Shown piece by piece: positions 10,975-20,952 of a stretch of 64,000 bases of DNA. The DNA comes from an uncultured Candidatus Saccharibacteria bacterium (GTDB taxonomy: Bacteria; Patescibacteriota; JABMPQ01; JAQVVF01): assembly GCA_964574655.1 (NCBI GenBank), contig CAZNOH010000001.1:9852-73851 (forward strand), given 5' to 3'. Position 1 is the stretch's first letter; every line of letters begins with the position of its first letter. The notes beneath the pieces were generated by a model. The model did not search any database and was not told the origin of the DNA. It saw only the letters and a program-made list of their open reading frames with translations. A program made the translations under genes and the position numbers.

Positions 10975-12033
10975 CTACTGGCCGATTCTGAAATAAGCGG
11001 TATCTCCGTCTTTTATGATGTATTTTTTTCCCTCTACGCGCATTTTGCCTTTTTCTTTAGCTTTTGTTTCTCCATCTGATGTTATGTAATCGTTGAATGC
11101 AATTATTTCGGCTCTAATAAATTTGTTATAGAAATCAGTGTGAATTCGGCCGGCGGCTTGTTGGGCATTAGAGCCATTTTTTATTGTCCAAGCATGGGTT
11201 TCAGTTGGGCCAGAAGTAAAAAAAGTGATCAAGTTCAAAAGTTCGTAAGATGCTTTAATAAATTTGTTTAGGCTTGTTTCTTTTAGGTTATATTCTTGCA
11301 AATATTCTTTGACTTCTTCGGAAGATAATTGAACCAACTCTGATTCTATTTTGGCAGCGATTGGAATACAAGGTTGTTTTGGGCAATTTATTTCTTTGCC
11401 AATTTCGCTTTCATCAATATTCAAAACATAAAGAATCGGCTTGGTTGTCAAAAGCTGGACATCTTTGATTGATTTTTTTTCATCTTTTTCTAAATTGACA
11501 GTTCTGGCAAGTTCGTTTTTTTCTAAAGCTTGTTTTATTTTATCTAATGCAGAAGCTCTAGCAATTATTTCTTTATCACCTGATTTTGAATTTCTTTTAG
11601 CAAGTTCTAGTAATTTTGTGACTAGATCAAGATCGGCTAAAATCAGTTCTAATTCTACTGTATCGGCATCCTCTTTGGGGTCAATTTTTCCATGAACGTG
11701 GGTAACATTTTTATCTGAAAAATTTCTTAAAACATGCACTATAGCGTCAACTTCTTTGATGTGAGTCAAAAATTTATTACCCAAGCCTTCGCCTTTGTGA
11801 GCGCCCCGAACTAATCCGGCAATATCAACAAATTCAACAACAGCAGGAACAATTTTTGCTGGATGATCAATCTTTACTAATTGATCAATTCTTTCATCAG
11901 GTACGCTAACGATCCCGACATTAGGGTCGATTGTGCAAAAAGGATAGTTAGAAGCATCAACTTGTTTTTTGGTCAAAGCGTTGAAAAGGGTTGACTTGCC
12001 AACATTTGGAAGACCGACGATTCCTACTTTCAT
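10975..12033 (-). CDS. ychF: Obg-family ATPase YchF
   Basis: GIVGLPNVGKSTLFN, NYPFCTIDPN, DIAGLVRGAHKGEGLGNKFL; start trimmed to ATG at 12033. Confidence 0.97.
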   Translation of the reverse strand: MKVGIVGLPNVGKSTLFNALTKKQVDASNYPFCTIDPNVGIVSVPDERIDQLVKIDHPAKIVPAVVEFVDIAGLVRGAHKGEGLGNKFLTHIKEVDAIVHVLRNFSDKNVTHVHGKIDPKEDADTVELELILADLDLVTKLLELAKRNSKSGDKEIIARASALDKIKQALEKNELARTVNLEKDEKKSIKDVQLLTTKPILYVLNIDESEIGKEINCPKQPCIPIAAKIESELVQLSSEEVKEYLQEYNLKETSLNKFIKASYELLNLITFFTSGPTETHAWTIKNGSNAQQAAGRIHTDFYNKFIRAEIIAFNDYITSDGETKAKEKGKMRVEGKKYIIKDGDTAYFRIGQ

Positions 12034-12154
12034 ATGATACAAATTATAAACAAATTTATTACAGATTATGGACAGATTACACAGATTATAAACTAAATTT
12101 TAGCTTATTCTCTTGTTTTTTGCAAGGATAAAATAAAAAACGGCGATCGGCCGC

Positions 12155-12931
12155 TTAGGAAAGAGCAACGAAACCTTGGGTTATTTTTTCTGGCGGTAGT
12201 TCCAGAAGTGTGCTAGCTAAATTTGATTGATTGCAGTTTAGTGAATTTTTAAAACTATCAAGCCAATGGGTTGCAAATCGAGAGGTTTTTATAAAGTGAT
12301 AGGCAATTAGATCGCAGAGAAATTCGATATCTTCGTGAGTCAAAGCAAAAGAATTATTTTCGTGCAACCAAGCATGGAAAAGTTCGTGGACAAAAATAGC
12401 AATAAATTGTTCTTTAGGCAGGCCGAAAAGGATAAAGATTTTGTGGCAGGAAATTGTTTTTTTCCCATTGGGGAAAACTTGAAATTGAGTTTGGCATTGG
12501 CCTAGAACTGTTTTGCTAATAACGCCATTGTGTTTTCTTAATTTTAATAATGTATTTAGATCAACTATTTCATAAGAGAGCGGTTTTCTGACGACTATTT
12601 TCCATTGAGATAAGATTTTGAAAACAAAGTTAATAATTGATTGATCTAAAATATAAATGGCATTGGAAAAACAGTTTGAACAGACAAGGCGATGATCTGA
12701 TAATGGGAATGTAGTTTTTTCATCTAGCTGTTTGGTGCAAGAAAAACAGCAGAGATTTGGTTTATAACAGGTTTCGCAGACATTGCCCCAATCTGTTTTG
12801 AGAAAAGATGTGGTGACTGGTTGATGGCAAACAATGCATTTTGGCGCTTGATGGTTTCGACAAAAAATACAAAATTTTCTATCTTCAATTCGATAGATTG
12901 TGTTTACTTCCATACCGCAGTCGCAACGCAT
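12155..12931 (-). CDS. Cys-rich (LIM-like) plus HExxH zinc peptidase, DA1-like; SD/boxA class
   Basis: Multiple CxxC pairs, then IFILFGLP...FVHELFHAWL...EFLC; leader CGCTCTTTAAAA-AAAGGAGG. Confidence 0.65.
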   Translation of the reverse strand: MRCDCGMEVNTIYRIEDRKFCIFCRNHQAPKCIVCHQPVTTSFLKTDWGNVCETCYKPNLCCFSCTKQLDEKTTFPLSDHRLVCSNCFSNAIYILDQSIINFVFKILSQWKIVVRKPLSYEIVDLNTLLKLRKHNGVISKTVLGQCQTQFQVFPNGKKTISCHKIFILFGLPKEQFIAIFVHELFHAWLHENNSFALTHEDIEFLCDLIAYHFIKTSRFATHWLDSFKNSLNCNQSNLASTLLELPPEKITQGFVALS

Positions 12932-12944
12932 GGCTTCCTCCTTT

Positions 12945-12956
12945 TTTTAAAGAGCG
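12945..12956 (-). promoter_or_regulatory. boxA-like element upstream of strong SD
   Basis: CGCTCTTTAAAA on minus strand followed by AAAGGAGGAAGCC-ATG. Confidence 0.65.
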
Positions 12957-13061
12957 AATTTATGTTTTTAGAATATACTTTTTTTGAGAGGAAAAATATT
13001 GAAAAAGTTAAGAAAATAAAATATGGCTTATTCAAGCCATATTTTTAGTATTTCTTTATAT

Positions 13062-14888
13062 TTAGATTATTTTGTCAATAATGCTTATTTTAAGATCGTC
13101 TAGATTTATTTTTAAATAAAATTTAATTAGAGTTCCGTTGGTTTTTAGATCTAGGTCTTTTTTAGTATATTTTTTAACAAGTTTTTTTAAAGGGCCGATG
13201 ATTTTTCCTTGCATATCATTTCTATTGGTGCTGTAAGAAGAGCGGGGCAATTTATTGCTGGTAATACTGGATTGTTGATTTTCCAATAATATTTTTAATA
13301 TTTCAATGGCTGTTTTTTGGGAAGGAAGTTGTTTGGAAGTCAGAGTTTTGCCTTTGATAAAAATTTTATGATTGATATTATCTAGGAGTAAATCAATTTC
13401 TTCTTTCTTAATTTTTTCTTCCAGCAGTAATTGAATTGATGTTTCAGAGGATGTAAAAGTTTTTTGAATAAGGGTATCTTTTTGGACATATTTTGAATAA
13501 ATTCCTTGCAACCAAGATTGTTCAATTTTTAATCCTTGTTCTTGAGAAGAATTATCCAGCCAAGAGGCAAAATCTAGATTAATATCTGGATTAAATTTGC
13601 TTTTTAATTCTGCAACAATCTGATCAATTTTGTTTCTCAATTGATAGGAATTAGCAACAAACAAAATATCGCCTCGGCGAACGGTGCCGGAGATCTTAGC
13701 AGCAGCTAAAATGTCTTCTTGGCCAGATTTTTTAGCTAGCAATCTAAAAGACGAAATTAAACGATCGCAATTTGGCGAGGAAAGATTAAGGAGGTTGAAG
13801 AGATACTGCTCTTTATTTAATAGTTCGACAAGATTTTTTAGCAAATCGGAAGAGAATCCTTGGCTAAAGATTTTTTTGAAAGCAATATAAGATTGAAAAG
13901 AATTGATGGGCAAGCAATCAGTATATTTATTCCAAAGCTCATTATTTTCTTGGTAAATTTTTCCGATCAGAGTTTTTGATTTGCCTAAATATTTTTTTAG
14001 ATCGATGAAGCAGTTTTGAGAATCCTTAATCAGTTTAGTTTTAAATTCTTTAATTTGAGCTTGTGAATCATGGACATCTCTGTTTTCTCCCGTATAAATT
14101 AGGCCATAGTCAAAAGGCCAAGACCAGCTGGTTAGATGATTGGTTATTTCATCTAATTTAATGATTTGATAAAAGCTGGAATCGATAGAATCAAGCTCTT
14201 CTAATCTAGGCTGATTTTGAGCTGGATTAGATTTGGTTTTTTTGCTGAAAAATAGAACAGGAACAGAAGATGGCAAAATGCTAGTAAGATTGCTGCCGCT
14301 AGCATTTGGAAAAAGAAAGCTTTCCCATTTCCAAATGGTTTTGAAAAGAAAATCAAATTTTAAATCTTTATTTTCTTTTAACTCAAGGCAATTTTTATTT
14401 TTCCAGCTAATAACGTCTTGTTGGTCTAATTTTTGGTTAAGAATCAAAGCACTAGTTAACAAGGCAACTAAAATAGCGCCACTGCCTAAGCCTCTTTCTA
14501 AAGGCAGTTCATTAAGAATATGAATATTAAAACCAATAGGCTTTTTAATTTGGCAAACATCTGTTAAAAATTTAAGGAAATATTTTTCAGTTTTTTCTGT
14601 TAAATACGGATCAAAATCATCCTTGTGGAAGGTTTGTGAATTAGGATCAAAATAAGCATAGCTGGTGATTCTAATGTTTTGTTTTTTATTGGGAATTAGG
14701 CCGACATAAGTTTTGAGAGGCAGATTTTGACGCAAAGTTAATCCGTCGTATTTGACAGCTTGCTCGCCAAACCAAGTGAAAGATCGCGGGGAAGAACAAA
14801 CTAAAGGGCATTGTGAAAAGAAATCTCGGTAGATTTTAGGGAATGTCTTTTGTAAAGACAATGAATTCATTGTAATGCGATTAGCCAT
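13062..14888 (-). CDS. GHMP-kinase-like protein with putative C-terminal winged-helix domain (possible regulator)
   Basis: SSPRSFTWFGEQ start, LPLERGLGSG GHMP-type loop, AAKISG...GD; C-terminal region suggestive of wHTH; no SD. Confidence 0.5.
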   Translation of the reverse strand: MANRITMNSLSLQKTFPKIYRDFFSQCPLVCSSPRSFTWFGEQAVKYDGLTLRQNLPLKTYVGLIPNKKQNIRITSYAYFDPNSQTFHKDDFDPYLTEKTEKYFLKFLTDVCQIKKPIGFNIHILNELPLERGLGSGAILVALLTSALILNQKLDQQDVISWKNKNCLELKENKDLKFDFLFKTIWKWESFLFPNASGSNLTSILPSSVPVLFFSKKTKSNPAQNQPRLEELDSIDSSFYQIIKLDEITNHLTSWSWPFDYGLIYTGENRDVHDSQAQIKEFKTKLIKDSQNCFIDLKKYLGKSKTLIGKIYQENNELWNKYTDCLPINSFQSYIAFKKIFSQGFSSDLLKNLVELLNKEQYLFNLLNLSSPNCDRLISSFRLLAKKSGQEDILAAAKISGTVRRGDILFVANSYQLRNKIDQIVAELKSKFNPDINLDFASWLDNSSQEQGLKIEQSWLQGIYSKYVQKDTLIQKTFTSSETSIQLLLEEKIKKEEIDLLLDNINHKIFIKGKTLTSKQLPSQKTAIEILKILLENQQSSITSNKLPRSSYSTNRNDMQGKIIGPLKKLVKKYTKKDLDLKTNGTLIKFYLKINLDDLKISIIDKII

Positions 14889-14949
14889 AGGTTTGTTTAA
14901 GTTCGAGTTATTATAACAGAAAACTTATTTTTTTGCAAGGGATTTTGTC

Positions 14950-15030
14950 TTGACAATATTGTTTTTCTTAATTATAGTAAAAAGAAATATTGATTGTTCT
15001 TTGACAAAGACAAAGAAAGGAGGGAAGGCA
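14950..15030 (+). promoter_or_regulatory. sigma70 promoter, boxA-like element and SD
   Basis: TTGACA(14950)-17bp-TATAGT(14973); TGTTCTTTGACAA 14995-15007; AAGGAGGG before ATG 15031. Confidence 0.8.
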
Positions 15031-16080
15031 ATGGTAATGGAAAATCTGATGCCTGAACAAGAAAAAGTAAAATTGGAACCATTAACAGCTTGGATGATGC
15101 GGGAACGGCGAGATTTTATAGCCAAATCTTCTTTGGCAGTGAGAGCTTTAGTTGTAGAGTTTTTGGGAATGGGCGGTTGTTGGAAAAGCACTTTGATCAA
15201 TGAATTGGTAACAAAATATTTCTATCCATTTGGCATTGAATTAGTGACTTATGAAGAGCCTGATAAAAAGATTCCGGAAGTTTCTCGAGAAAGGGAGCCA
15301 AAGAAGTTTCGCATCGCTACATATAGAAGAACTTTGGCTAATCTTGATGAAGCTTTGGGTTCAGTAAAAGATTTGGCTTTGTTTGATCGCGGACTTTTTG
15401 ATTTTATTGTTTGGTTTAATTTGGATTTTACCGGAGGGCTGTTGAGCGAAGAAGAATGCAGAAGAGGCATTGCTGATATCATGTTGCGTGGTTACGGAAA
15501 GGTTGACTTGATGTTTGTACATACAGATCAGGTTGCTTCTTGCTTGAAAAGCACTCCATCAATGGGTTCAACATCTTTAATGGATTCTTTTTATCTGTCT
15601 CGGCGGAATGCAGGAGAAAGGCAAATTCGTTTCCAGCTTTATCAAAGAATGTACCAAGAAATGTTTTTGGGCGATGAAAAAAAGTTAGTCAAAAAGGCTG
15701 TCAAATTTATGTTTGACATGAATTTGGGAAAGTTTAATCGTAATTTTGCTGAAGTTTTTTGGCAGGCAGTAGTGCTGATTGATCTGTATCTGGTCTTTCA
15801 GACTTGGGAAAGCCTTTTCTTGGATCGTTTTGGAGATGAATTGAAGCAAAATGAGCGCACATCTGATTTGGAAAAAAGGATTATGAAGTTAGGCGAGGCC
15901 TTGTTTTCGTCGCTAGAGCATTTGCGGAGGATTAAAGTTTATGAATTGCATGCAGATATAGTAAAGATCTTGGATTCATACGCGCAGACAGAATTTGTTA
16001 TTGCTCGGTGCGATGGATGGCGGGTGGTGGTTTCGGATATTTTCGGGTCTCCGCCAAAGTTTCGTATCTTGGAAGGTTAA
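15031..16080 (+). CDS. P-loop nucleoside/nucleotide kinase-like protein; SD/boxA class
   Basis: VVEFLGMGGCWKST Walker A variant, LFDRGLFD; start set by SD. Confidence 0.55.
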   Translation: MVMENLMPEQEKVKLEPLTAWMMRERRDFIAKSSLAVRALVVEFLGMGGCWKSTLINELVTKYFYPFGIELVTYEEPDKKIPEVSREREPKKFRIATYRRTLANLDEALGSVKDLALFDRGLFDFIVWFNLDFTGGLLSEEECRRGIADIMLRGYGKVDLMFVHTDQVASCLKSTPSMGSTSLMDSFYLSRRNAGERQIRFQLYQRMYQEMFLGDEKKLVKKAVKFMFDMNLGKFNRNFAEVFWQAVVLIDLYLVFQTWESLFLDRFGDELKQNERTSDLEKRIMKLGEALFSSLEHLRRIKVYELHADIVKILDSYAQTEFVIARCDGWRVVVSDIFGSPPKFRILEG

Positions 16081-16103
16081 CTCCTCTTTTTGGGGAGTTT
16101 TTT
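16079..16103 (+). terminator. Intrinsic terminator (near-identical copy at ~18470-18494)
   Basis: AACTCCTC-TTTT-TGGGGAGTT plus T-run. Confidence 0.7.
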
Positions 16104-16104
16104 A

Positions 16105-16185
16105 TTGACAAAAAGTAATTATTTTATTATTATTGAGTAAGTTCTTTTATTGAGCGAGTTCTTTCAAAACTAGGAGGAGGAAGAA
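16105..16185 (+). promoter_or_regulatory. sigma70 promoter, boxA-like element(s) and SD
   Basis: TTGACA(16105)-17bp-TATTAT; AGTTCTTTCAAAA 16157-16169; AGGAGGAGG. Confidence 0.7.
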
Positions 16186-16986
16186 ATGGATGAAAAAAAG
16201 ACATTTAAGGTTGTATTGCCTTCGGGTGATGTGAAGGTTTGGGAATTTGATATTAAAACAAAGCCAAGTGAAGGATTGAATCAAAAAGCAGGAATTGGGA
16301 ATTTATTTTTTAAGTTTGGGAAGATAGCAGGAAAGATAATAGGATTATTTTTCTATTGGTTGGGACATGGATTTGTGTTGATGTTTAAGAAAATTCTAAA
16401 GGCGATTTCTGTCTTTGCAATATTGATTAAAAAAGTAGTGAAAAGAATTTATAGAAAAATGGAATTTCATGGTTTTTTGAGAGTCTTTTTGAATTTCTTT
16501 GTTTTGTTTATTTTAGGATTGGTCAGTTTTTGTTATTGGAAATGGCTAGTTCCTTGGATTCTGTCTGTTGAAGAGATAGCTTATCGTCATTCTGCAACTG
16601 TGTATTTTATTTATTTAGGGGTGTGTTTGTTAGTGACACTTGTATGGCTTTTTAGAAATCTGAATTCAAAAAAACGTAGTGAAATTACAGTTTTATATCT
16701 TGCTTTGATCTTGATTGTAATAGCAATAGCAATGTCAGGTTTTTTTGCTTTTCTAGCAATATCATTTTCTATTTATATCTTTGAAAATGTTGTTTTATCA
16801 GCGATTGTTCATGGGATTTTGCTCCTTTTAGCGATGATATTTGGTATTAGAGAAGCTGAATGGTTAAAACCGGATAAAAAAGAACAACTTGTAATGATTG
16901 ATAGAAACTTAATTGGATTGAAGCGTTTTGCCTCAGATAGCTTAAGAAAATTGGAAAGAATTGAGAAAGAACGTTCAAAAAAATAA
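16186..16986 (+). CDS. Multi-TM membrane protein with shared N-terminal leader motif (family member 1)
   Basis: MDEKKTFKVVLPSGDVKVW; several hydrophobic helices; strong SD. Confidence 0.75.
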   Translation: MDEKKTFKVVLPSGDVKVWEFDIKTKPSEGLNQKAGIGNLFFKFGKIAGKIIGLFFYWLGHGFVLMFKKILKAISVFAILIKKVVKRIYRKMEFHGFLRVFLNFFVLFILGLVSFCYWKWLVPWILSVEEIAYRHSATVYFIYLGVCLLVTLVWLFRNLNSKKRSEITVLYLALILIVIAIAMSGFFAFLAISFSIYIFENVVLSAIVHGILLLLAMIFGIREAEWLKPDKKEQLVMIDRNLIGLKRFASDSLRKLERIEKERSKK

Positions 16987-17093
16987 ATTTTAGTCCCAAT
17001 AAACAAGATTGGGATTTTTTCTTAATTTTTTCTCTAGTAAAAAGTTTTAATAGTTAGATAATGGAGTTGTTCTTTGACAAAAAGGAGGAGAAA

Positions 17094-18452
17094 ATGAGCA
17101 AGTCTGTAGTACCGATTATTTTGCAGTCCATGAGACATGAGCAGGATTTATTTAAATGGAATCCAGAATTTGATTTGAATGTAGTTAATTTTGATCAGTT
17201 TAACAGGCCTTACATTAGGCAAAGAGGCAATGATGATCATGAGACTAGTTTTGTTCAAGTTTTGGATGACAGTGGAAAATTGGTAAAGTATGGTTTTGTG
17301 AAGGCAATTAAGGAAAGTTTTTCTGATTTTACAAAGACACTTTTAGGAGCTGGATCGCAGATGGCAAGGATTGTGTTTGATAAAGATAACCATGCTTATA
17401 CTTTAGTACGAATTGCTTGTGGCTTGGGAACGAAAGAAGTCCAGATAGGTTTGTTGCTTTATTCAAGAGATCAATGCAGAACTTGGCAAGTTTATAAGTT
17501 GCCGATTAATGGTGTGGCAACGATGGAATATTTTACCGGACATAATCAGATTAATGGACCGCCAATGATTGCTGTTTTTGAGAAAACAAAGGTGAAGGTG
17601 GCAAAATGGGCGACAATTCATAAATTATATGTTGTGGTGGTTAAAAAAACTAAGACAGGTCTTGAGTTTGAGCAGATAATAAAAGTGACAGAGAAATCTT
17701 TTGGTCTTTCAGCGCATTCTGGTGGGGCATCAGTCTTGGCTAGTTTAGATAGTAAAACGTATGTTATTTGGACAGAAGTAACTAATAACCCTAGTCATTT
17801 GGGATCGCCGACATTTGTAGCGACTTTTGATCATAGTTCCAAGAGATTAATCAATAAATCATTTGTTGGTTGTACATCAAAGCCGAAAAATGATATGCAC
17901 AATACTCCAGGGATTTGTTTGGATAGCCGAGGATTTTTAAATGTAATGCTTGGAGCGCACGCTGGTAGTTTTTTTTATGGCAGGAGCCAGATTTCTAACT
18001 CAGTAGAAAGAGGATGGACTTTGTTGCATGAAACATATTCGTCTGTCGGTCAAACTTATATTGCTTTGGTTTGTGATCAGGTAGATAATTTACATCTTGT
18101 TTTTCGGGATCATAGATATGGCAAAAGAGATTTTCACGCTAGCCATTTTCATTATTGCGCGCTTTGTTATCAAAGAATGTTAAAAGACGGATATTGGGAA
18201 GTTTCAAGACTATTGGTTGTGCCGCCATTGCCAGATTACAGCATCTATTATCATCAGTTGTCGATTGATCGATTAGGAAGATTGTTTTTATCTTACAATT
18301 ACTATAGCGAAAGTGAACCATACAAGAGTTGGATTGAGAAAAATGGCAGATATAATAAGAAATTTCGCGCTATGCTTTTTAGTGGAGATGGCGGTATGAC
18401 TTGGCAAATGGCGACAACGAGAATTTTTTTGGATGGATTTGTGAAGACTTGA
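17094..18452 (+). CDS. BNR/Asp-box beta-propeller-like protein; SD/boxA class
   Basis: Asp-box-like SRDQCRTW and SGDGGMTW, DMHNTPGICLDSRGFL; TGTTCTTTGACAA 17068-17080 then AAGGAGG; no obvious signal peptide. Confidence 0.6.
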   Translation: MSKSVVPIILQSMRHEQDLFKWNPEFDLNVVNFDQFNRPYIRQRGNDDHETSFVQVLDDSGKLVKYGFVKAIKESFSDFTKTLLGAGSQMARIVFDKDNHAYTLVRIACGLGTKEVQIGLLLYSRDQCRTWQVYKLPINGVATMEYFTGHNQINGPPMIAVFEKTKVKVAKWATIHKLYVVVVKKTKTGLEFEQIIKVTEKSFGLSAHSGGASVLASLDSKTYVIWTEVTNNPSHLGSPTFVATFDHSSKRLINKSFVGCTSKPKNDMHNTPGICLDSRGFLNVMLGAHAGSFFYGRSQISNSVERGWTLLHETYSSVGQTYIALVCDQVDNLHLVFRDHRYGKRDFHASHFHYCALCYQRMLKDGYWEVSRLLVVPPLPDYSIYYHQLSIDRLGRLFLSYNYYSESEPYKSWIEKNGRYNKKFRAMLFSGDGGMTWQMATTRIFLDGFVKT

Positions 18453-18586
18453 ACTTTGTTAGCTAGGTTAACTCTTCTTTTGGGGAGTTTTTTTATTTTT
18501 CCTAGTTTTTTCAATTTTTTTCTTTTTGATAAGAGATAATAATGAAAGTGGAAAGTAAAAGATAGGACTTTACAACTAGGACATGA

Positions 18587-18615
18587 TCCGCTTTCGCTAA
18601 AGCTACGGCGGACAA
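18587..18615. repeat. REP-like palindromic element in 5' UTR
   Basis: TCCGCTTTCGCTAAAGCTACGGCGGACAA; related to elements at 25418 and 42891. Confidence 0.6.
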
Positions 18616-18627
18616 AGGAGAACAGCC

Positions 18628-19653
18628 ATGAAGAATATCGGATCAAAATTGTTTGTGCTACTGGGGATGCTTTTGATCGTTATTGGAGCAATTTCGCTTT
18701 TGGTAGCAATTCTTTACGGCAAGTATTTTGCTTTTTTGGCCTTGTATCCTGATTTGGTAGATATGGTGGCGGATTTTGGAGTTAATATTTATCTGTCAAG
18801 AATTGTAGCAGTCTTTGTAACGATTGGATTGTGGGTAGCGATTTTCAAATTCTTGTTGAGCTTCAGCCAGAAAAAGAGAGAAATTGGTTTTTTCATTTTG
18901 TTAGGATTGTTTGTTCTGCATACCTTTTGTTTGTATATTATTAATTTGAATCGGTCTGTTTCTGTTGATGGGCAGGTGGGATTTTGCACGCGAGACCAAA
19001 TTACTGGACGAGTGGAATATTTCGATCGGTCTTTGTATGATGCTTCTGGCCAGAAAGCGGAAAAATGCACAAAAGATGAAATTCGGCAGCTCCGTGTTCA
19101 GGATAAATATCCCAATAATGAGATTCCTTTGATAGCGATTGGCAACTGGTTTGATGAGAATGGTAGTTCGTTGGTTTATTACTATAAAGATAGTCAAGGC
19201 GTACTTCATTTTCGTTATATGGGAGGTTTTGCTCAAACAGGAGAGATGTGGCAACAGGTAACAAAGGAAGTGCTTGGAAAAATCAGTCCAAATTTGCAGT
19301 CGCAGTTTCAGCAAACGAAAGGTGATGTTGTATTGAGGCATAATTTTGATGATCGACCGAATTTAAAGACTCTGTATAGAAATTCTTTGGCGGGATATCT
19401 GATTTTCTTTGTCTTTCTGAATATTGTTTTTTGGGTGGTGTTTTTGAAGATAGCAAGTCTTTCTTTTGGTACGAGGGCTAGTTTAATAGGTTTGGCTGGT
19501 TTGGTTAATCTGGTTGGTTTTTGCGGTATTGATTATGCATCAAGTTGGTCAGGATTGGCAGTTGCGGTTTTAATGATCAGCTTGGCATCGCCGTTTGTAA
19601 TTTCTTTCGTCAAAGGTTTCTGGACAGGAATGAGAGAGAGCAGGCCCGTCTAA
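18628..19653 (+). CDS. Hypothetical multi-TM membrane protein; SD class
   Basis: 3 N-terminal and 3 C-terminal hydrophobic helices around a soluble domain; AAGGAG SD. Confidence 0.75.
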   Translation: MKNIGSKLFVLLGMLLIVIGAISLLVAILYGKYFAFLALYPDLVDMVADFGVNIYLSRIVAVFVTIGLWVAIFKFLLSFSQKKREIGFFILLGLFVLHTFCLYIINLNRSVSVDGQVGFCTRDQITGRVEYFDRSLYDASGQKAEKCTKDEIRQLRVQDKYPNNEIPLIAIGNWFDENGSSLVYYYKDSQGVLHFRYMGGFAQTGEMWQQVTKEVLGKISPNLQSQFQQTKGDVVLRHNFDDRPNLKTLYRNSLAGYLIFFVFLNIVFWVVFLKIASLSFGTRASLIGLAGLVNLVGFCGIDYASSWSGLAVAVLMISLASPFVISFVKGFWTGMRESRPV

Positions 19654-19696
19654 TTAAGGGCGGGAGGTCAACCAACTGGAAGAGGAGGAGACGGTC

Positions 19697-19927
19697 ATGA
19701 CAGGATACACAATCGCAATGTTGATTACTGGCGGGATTTTGCTGATTGTCGGTGTTTTGATTGTAACAGGCGTTTGGAATCCATTTTCTAAGAAGGATGC
19801 AGATGGCAAGAAGGAGCCGTTGTCCCGAAAGGAAAAAGGGATGGTGGCAGGCTTCTTTGCAATGCTGATTCTGGCAATCGTGAATTTCTTCTACGCCATT
19901 TTTCCGATGCAGAAGCGAAAGTCCTAA
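19697..19927 (+). CDS. Small 2-TM protein (paralog of 28448..28696)
   Basis: GAGGAGG SD; W.PF...G.K.PL..KEK loop between two TMs; terminator follows. Confidence 0.75.
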   Translation: MTGYTIAMLITGGILLIVGVLIVTGVWNPFSKKDADGKKEPLSRKEKGMVAGFFAMLILAIVNFFYAIFPMQKRKS

Positions 19928-20047
19928 AATATCATTCGTTCATTCATCCCGATTTATTCGGGATTTTTATTTAATTGACAATAAGATTCTTTTATACTAT
20001 GTTGGAGAGAATGTTCTTTTCAAAATAGAAGAAAGGAGGAAAAAAGG

Positions 20048-20794
20048 ATGTCTAAGGGAGAGAAATTTAAAGTAATTGATCCATCGGGGGAATTGAAGGA
20101 ATGGTCATTTAAAGAAAAGCCAAAAAGTGCTGAACCAATGGTTTGTGAGGAAAAGAGAATAGAAACAAAGCCAAGTGTATTTTTCGAACTTGGAAAAATG
20201 TTTGGAAAAAAAATGAAGTTCTTGAAGTTATACGGAGTATGGATTATTTTTTGCATTTTGGGTATTCTCGCTGTTTTTTTTATTTGGGTATTGGCAATTT
20301 TTGTGCATGGAAGCGATTTTCTTTCTCAGACCATTCCAATACAGTCTAGGTCGCAACAGAAGCAAAGTATTGTCACACAAAATACCAAAGTGGTACAAAG
20401 ATCATGGCCACTGGGAAGCAAAGCAGAAGTATTGGTAGAAGATGTGGAGTGGAATTATTCAAGAAATGAGTTTTACTGTAATTTACATGAGATTAAGGGA
20501 TGGAGTGTTGTTTTTGATCGGGTAGAGACGCGGATCTGGAAATTACAGAAAAGTGATGAATCACCACAAGTTTTTAAACAAAGAGAGCCTCATTATTGGA
20601 CCCGAAACGTGCATCTTAATATTAGGCCTTTTCAACGTTATTGTGGAAAAGATAGACGGTCAGATCGTTGCGTGATAACTTTGGAAAACTATCGAGCATG
20701 GCTACAAGAAATAGAATGGATTGAGGTGAAACTTTTAGGTAAAGATGCACGAGGAAATGAAGTGAGTGTGGTTTTAGAGACTTATGATCATTGA
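20048..20794 (+). CDS. Single-TM protein with shared N-terminal motif (member 2); C-terminal domain shared with 24126
   Basis: MSKGEKFKVIDPSGELKEW; TTGACA 19975, TGTTCTTTTCAAAA 20012-20025, AAGGAGG. Confidence 0.8.
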   Translation: MSKGEKFKVIDPSGELKEWSFKEKPKSAEPMVCEEKRIETKPSVFFELGKMFGKKMKFLKLYGVWIIFCILGILAVFFIWVLAIFVHGSDFLSQTIPIQSRSQQKQSIVTQNTKVVQRSWPLGSKAEVLVEDVEWNYSRNEFYCNLHEIKGWSVVFDRVETRIWKLQKSDESPQVFKQREPHYWTRNVHLNIRPFQRYCGKDRRSDRCVITLENYRAWLQEIEWIEVKLLGKDARGNEVSVVLETYDH

Positions 20795-20820
20795 TATTTA
20801 TACAGTTTTTTGAAGCTGTA

Positions 20821-20952
20821 TTTTTTTTCTTAACTTTTTCAATTTTCTTTTTAAAGATTTGTTCTAATATTAGGTTAGATGATAGTTGACTAATTTTATT
20901 GTTCATGCTATCCTACAGTGATTGTTCTTTGACAAATCAAGGAGGAAGGAAA
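20821..20952 (+). repeat. Repeated promoter cassette, copy 1
   Basis: T-rich motif, TTGACT-17bp-TATCCT with extended TG, TGTTCTTTGACAA 20923-20935, AAGGAGG. Confidence 0.85.
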
